Assembly (NCBI GenBank): GCA_963702025.1
Contig: OY969699.1
Location: 256,001-320,000 of the forward strand
Origin: an uncultured bacterium
Lineage (GTDB): Bacteria > Babelota > Babeliae > Babelales > Vermiphilaceae
DNA: 64,000 nucleotides
Direction: 5' to 3'
Part shown: positions 60,465-64,000 of the stretch, one piece after another
Numbering within the stretch: the stretch's first letter is position 1
Layout: every line of letters starts with the position of its first letter
Translations under genes and position numbers: made by a program
Notes under the pieces: model-generated
What the model was told of the DNA's origin: nothing
Seen by the model: only the letters and a program-made list of their open reading frames with translations
Database searches by the model: none

Positions 60465-61175
60465 ATGAAAAAATTGTTGTTTCTTTTACTGGTATCTTCT
60501 TCTAACGTATTTTCCATGGAAAACTTAAAAAGTGAAGATGAATTTAACAATATTTTTTGTGCTCTGAATAGCAATCTGAAACCAAAAGTGGTCGCACGCT
60601 TGGCGACTAGTATCGAAAAAGATTCAGAAGCTAAAAAGGATATCAGTCAGTTGTATGATCTTAAAAACGCTCTTTATGCACTTACTGAAAGCGATGATTA
60701 TATTAGTGCCACAAAAAAAGTTTTAGAATCACTTGAATTACAACCCAACCTAAGTGCGTTGAATGGATTGATCCATCTAGCTGCAGATAATTTTGCAGTA
60801 GAAACAGTAAAAGCTCTTCTTAAATATGGTATACCTGCTGATGAATATGAATATATAAAAGTGCCCGGAGCAGAGTATAAAAAAACACCGCTTTATAAAA
60901 GTTGCACGATTCCCTACAGAATTGATGACACAGGTTTAATACCTAAAAGGATTGCTATTGTACAAGCTTTATTGGAAAATAAAGCTGATGCTAATGCATT
61001 AAATGGCGCTGATCAGGTAGGGTATAGCACTCAAACTGCGTTGTTCCGCTTGCTTGTAACAGAATGTCGGCTCAATCCACAGATTCTTGCCCATCGAAAA
61101 TCTATTATCGATCTTTTAGTAAAGGCAGGTCTTGATATTGAAATAAGAAACTCAATAAACCAAAACTGCTGTTGA
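60465..61175 (+). CDS. Secreted ankyrin-repeat protein, probably frameshifted near its 3' end
   Basis: LIHLAA, TPLYKSC and TALFRL; ankyrin TAVEYA continues in another frame after about 61162. Confidence 0.75.
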   Translation: MKKLLFLLLVSSSNVFSMENLKSEDEFNNIFCALNSNLKPKVVARLATSIEKDSEAKKDISQLYDLKNALYALTESDDYISATKKVLESLELQPNLSALNGLIHLAADNFAVETVKALLKYGIPADEYEYIKVPGAEYKKTPLYKSCTIPYRIDDTGLIPKRIAIVQALLENKADANALNGADQVGYSTQTALFRLLVTECRLNPQILAHRKSIIDLLVKAGLDIEIRNSINQNCC

Positions 61176-61329
61176 GTATGCATATGCTAAATCTTCCATT
61201 AAAGATCAATGTGCCAAGATTTGGTGAATCACGTACTACAACGCGCCAATGAAAGATCCAATAATTAAACCTTTTTTTATTGCATCTTAATGCTCTTTCT
61301 ATTTACCTTAAGTTAAAAAAAGGAAAAAT

Positions 61330-61980
61330 ATGAAATATAAAGCATTTTTATCCCTGATAGTTGCCACTTCACATGCCATGGAAATTAATGATCCATGGAT
61401 CCTCCATAAAACAGTTAAAAAGTTTGATATAGAAAAAGTGAATGAGTTACTTGCGGCAAAAAAAGTCTCCGTTAATGCAACAAACAGTAATCGTGAAACG
61501 CCGCTCCATGTAATCTGTTCCGTTGAATGTGATGCGGTGGTGCCCGAAATTGGGGAAAAACGGGTGGCAATCTGCAAAAATCTTATTGCCAATGGCGCGG
61601 AAGTAAACAGTGTTGATCGGCATGGTGAAACACCATTTTTTAATGTTTTTTGTTATGGACCAAAGATTATTAATCCTCGTGAGCAGAATGGTGGCCATGA
61701 AGAGGAAGTTCTTACTTGCTTTCTTGAACAACGAAAAGAAATCATATCACTGTTAGTTGTAAACCAATGTAATACCGAACACACAAACAGCACTGGCCTC
61801 ACTGCCTTTTATAAGGCGTGTCAAAAAAATGATGCCTTCTTAAAAAAATTGATCGCCTATGCAAAGAGCATGGAGTTAAAGGGCATTGAGAAAATAGATG
61901 ATCCCAGACAACCGCTATTCGGATTAGGAGCTCTTCAATCAGATGGTAACATTTGTTACGAATTTTGCTCAATATCATAA
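61330..61980 (+). CDS. Secreted ankyrin-repeat protein with C-terminal CaaX-like motif
   Basis: ETPLHVIC and GAEVNSVDRHGETP; ends CSIS*. Confidence 0.88.
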   Translation: MKYKAFLSLIVATSHAMEINDPWILHKTVKKFDIEKVNELLAAKKVSVNATNSNRETPLHVICSVECDAVVPEIGEKRVAICKNLIANGAEVNSVDRHGETPFFNVFCYGPKIINPREQNGGHEEEVLTCFLEQRKEIISLLVVNQCNTEHTNSTGLTAFYKACQKNDAFLKKLIAYAKSMELKGIEKIDDPRQPLFGLGALQSDGNICYEFCSIS

Positions 61981-62096
61981 CAATTTTTATCAGCGCTTTG
62001 GTGCCGGCATTAAACGGTGGTCGCAATGGACAAAAACGGCCAAAAGTTCTACCTTTGTACTCACATTTTTAATTATACCAAAAAAAGGTGAACAGC

Positions 62097-62984
62097 ATGA
62101 AAAAGACTCTCTTAACCATCGTGGCATTTTCTGTACAAAATTCCGATACGATGACAAAAGATATTTCAACGTACATGAAAAATGGAGAAAAAATTGATCA
62201 TCTCTTTTCTCCCGGCGATCTTGATAATCCTCTCTTTAAATTTGCCGCGGGCGATGAGTATCTTCCAATAACCACAAAAATATTGGATTATGGCGTTAGC
62301 GTTGAAGGGTATAGCGGACATTCGCCGCTCCATGTTGCCGTTGATAAAGGTGCTTTGCTAACCGTTACGAAACTTCTTGCGCACAACATTGATCCCAATA
62401 CAAGGAGCGATAAATTGCAGGCTACCCCGATCGAACTTGCGTGCCAAGTATTAAACCGTCCAACAAGTAACTATGGGGAACCCGCACCATTCCGTACAAC
62501 TTGCTTTGAAAAAACTTTGAGAAATATAGAAATTATTCGAGCGCTTCTCGATAAAAAAGCCAACCCGAAATCAATGTTATTTTTTCTGATGACGCATTGG
62601 CTAGCTCTACCAAAGTTTACCGGTCCCCAGCAAGAGACTTTGATTTTCATAAATAAAGAAATAATTGGCAGTGCATTCAAAAATGGTCTTAATATTTGGC
62701 TCAAAAATAATGAAAATAAAACAGCATTGGAAAATGCTGCAGGCCAACATGGCGCCAACCCAAGCCAAATCTCTTTAGTAAATTATGTATACGAACTTGA
62801 ACGCCAAAAAGTCTTAAAAGTTGTGCGGTACACAGTAAACGGCCCAAAGGCACGTTCACCATTTAAGCTCTTGCCAAAAGAGATATGCGAAATGATTATT
62901 AAGCTTGCATATCCGGTAATCGTCTTACCATCTGATGAGATTCATGAAATTAATGCGCAAACATTTCTTCATGGATTAGCTTAA
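62097..62984 (+). CDS. Secreted ankyrin-repeat protein with C-terminal F-box-like motif
   Basis: SPLHVAV, TPIELAC and KTALENA; PFKLLPKEICEMIIKL. Confidence 0.85.
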   Translation: MKKTLLTIVAFSVQNSDTMTKDISTYMKNGEKIDHLFSPGDLDNPLFKFAAGDEYLPITTKILDYGVSVEGYSGHSPLHVAVDKGALLTVTKLLAHNIDPNTRSDKLQATPIELACQVLNRPTSNYGEPAPFRTTCFEKTLRNIEIIRALLDKKANPKSMLFFLMTHWLALPKFTGPQQETLIFINKEIIGSAFKNGLNIWLKNNENKTALENAAGQHGANPSQISLVNYVYELERQKVLKVVRYTVNGPKARSPFKLLPKEICEMIIKLAYPVIVLPSDEIHEINAQTFLHGLA

Positions 62985-63025
62985 ATGATGTAAAAAAATT
63001 TCATTCAGATAGAGGAAAAACATTT

Positions 63026-63817
63026 ATGAAAACAAAATATCTTGCAATGCTTTTGCTATTTATTCCCTCATTAAATTTTTGCATGGAAGATGAGGGCTTT
63101 TTCTACCTTATGGAATCTGAATCGGAGGCCAAAGATAGAAAAGAACAACTCATAAATATCATCAATGAACGGCTAGAAAAAAACCTGGATTTGAATGCGA
63201 AAATGGGGTTTCCCTTTGCGAATCAAAAGCCATTACATCGGGCAATACATCATGATCGAACTGGCCAAATAGCCCTAAAATTGCTTAGCGCCGGAGCCGA
63301 TCCAAATGTTAATAATGGCTGGGGGGAAACCCCTTTACATTGGGCATGTAGACCACGTATATCTCTTGAAAATATAAAAATACTGCTAGCATATAACGCA
63401 AACCCAAATATTTATGATACTGCAGGATTATATCTAATTCCCACATCTTATGAAACCCCTCTGCATAATTTGTGTGCAGCATCCCATAGCGCCGATAAAC
63501 AGATTGCTCTCAAACTTTTACTTGCGCACGGCGCAAATTTTTCTTTAGAAAAAAATGGGTATGGCAAAACATGCTTAGAATTATTGTCGGAGACGGATCC
63601 AAATTTGGGCCAAATAGCCAGGCGCATTTACCATCATAAAATTGCTGCCTATATTTTGTTGCTGAGAGGAAAAGAAACAAATGAGTCTTTATTCAGACGC
63701 CTGCCAAAAGATTTGCTCAAATTGATTCTGGGTAGCATTTTCCCCAATTTTCCATGGCCAGGAGAAATTTTGAATTCCGCCAAACTTCTTGCTCTTTTGA
63801 AACCGGAGCCGAAATAG
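63026..63817 (+). CDS. Secreted ankyrin-repeat protein with C-terminal F-box-like motif
   Basis: GETPLHWAC and ETPLHNLC; LFRRLPKDLLKLILGSI. Confidence 0.88.
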   Translation: MKTKYLAMLLLFIPSLNFCMEDEGFFYLMESESEAKDRKEQLINIINERLEKNLDLNAKMGFPFANQKPLHRAIHHDRTGQIALKLLSAGADPNVNNGWGETPLHWACRPRISLENIKILLAYNANPNIYDTAGLYLIPTSYETPLHNLCAASHSADKQIALKLLLAHGANFSLEKNGYGKTCLELLSETDPNLGQIARRIYHHKIAAYILLLRGKETNESLFRRLPKDLLKLILGSIFPNFPWPGEILNSAKLLALLKPEPK

Positions 63818-63900
63818 TACATTTGCTGTTTTTTTTGGCACAATGGTGAAAAGCAATTGAGTAAAAAAATTTTAATAATTCTTGTATTTGGAAATAGAGC

Positions 63901-64000
63901 ATGAAAACAAAATATCTTGCAACGCTATTACTATTCGTCCCTTTTTTAAATTTTTGTATGGCCGATTGGGATTCGATTTCCCGAATAAGGGCTAAATCAA
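63901..64000 (+). CDS. 3'-partial paralog of 63026-63817
   Basis: MKTKYLATLLLFVPFLNFCM matches MKTKYLAMLLLFIPSLNFCM. Confidence 0.75.
   Translation, partial: MKTKYLATLLLFVPFLNFCMADWDSISRIRAKS

Noticed and set aside
61160..61175. C-terminal CC as a Rab-type geranylgeranylation signal
   Set aside because: The ankyrin consensus (TAVEYA) continues in another frame, so NCC* is probably a frameshift product

Overview
AT-rich bacterial chromosome segment. The gene content (arrays of signal-peptide ankyrin, LRR, WD40 and zinc-finger proteins among scattered housekeeping genes) points to an intracellular parasite of protists, most likely Candidatus Dependentiae (TM6/Babeliae); this assignment is inference. 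Housekeeping genes: atpD-atpC, pgeF, ftsQ-like/ftsA/ftsZ, rlmB, alr, ycaC, tyrS, valS, ybeY, ruvA, tRNA-Gly(GCC), jag-like and mnmE. Main observations: (1) a duplicated three-gene cassette (55.4-57.0 kb and 58.6-60.3 kb) in which a conserved secreted pro-domain ending in KVRGNGGG carries two unrelated hydrophobic C-terminal peptides, each followed by a different small membrane protein, with a sequence scar suggesting module replacement; this is a candidate new polymorphic bacteriocin/toxin-immunity system; (2) a family of nested palindromic REP-like elements inserted in frame inside pgeF, mnmE (twice) and the jag 3' end; (3) more than 20 secreted proteins with Met(-Glu) right after the signal peptide, many with eukaryote-type motifs (NLS-like, UIM-like, F-box-like, CaaX); (4) a polymorphic toxin-immunity array flanked by two signal-peptide AAA ATPases; (5) an intact IS4-superfamily element and several decayed genes. 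All product calls come from reading motifs by eye; no database searches were run.
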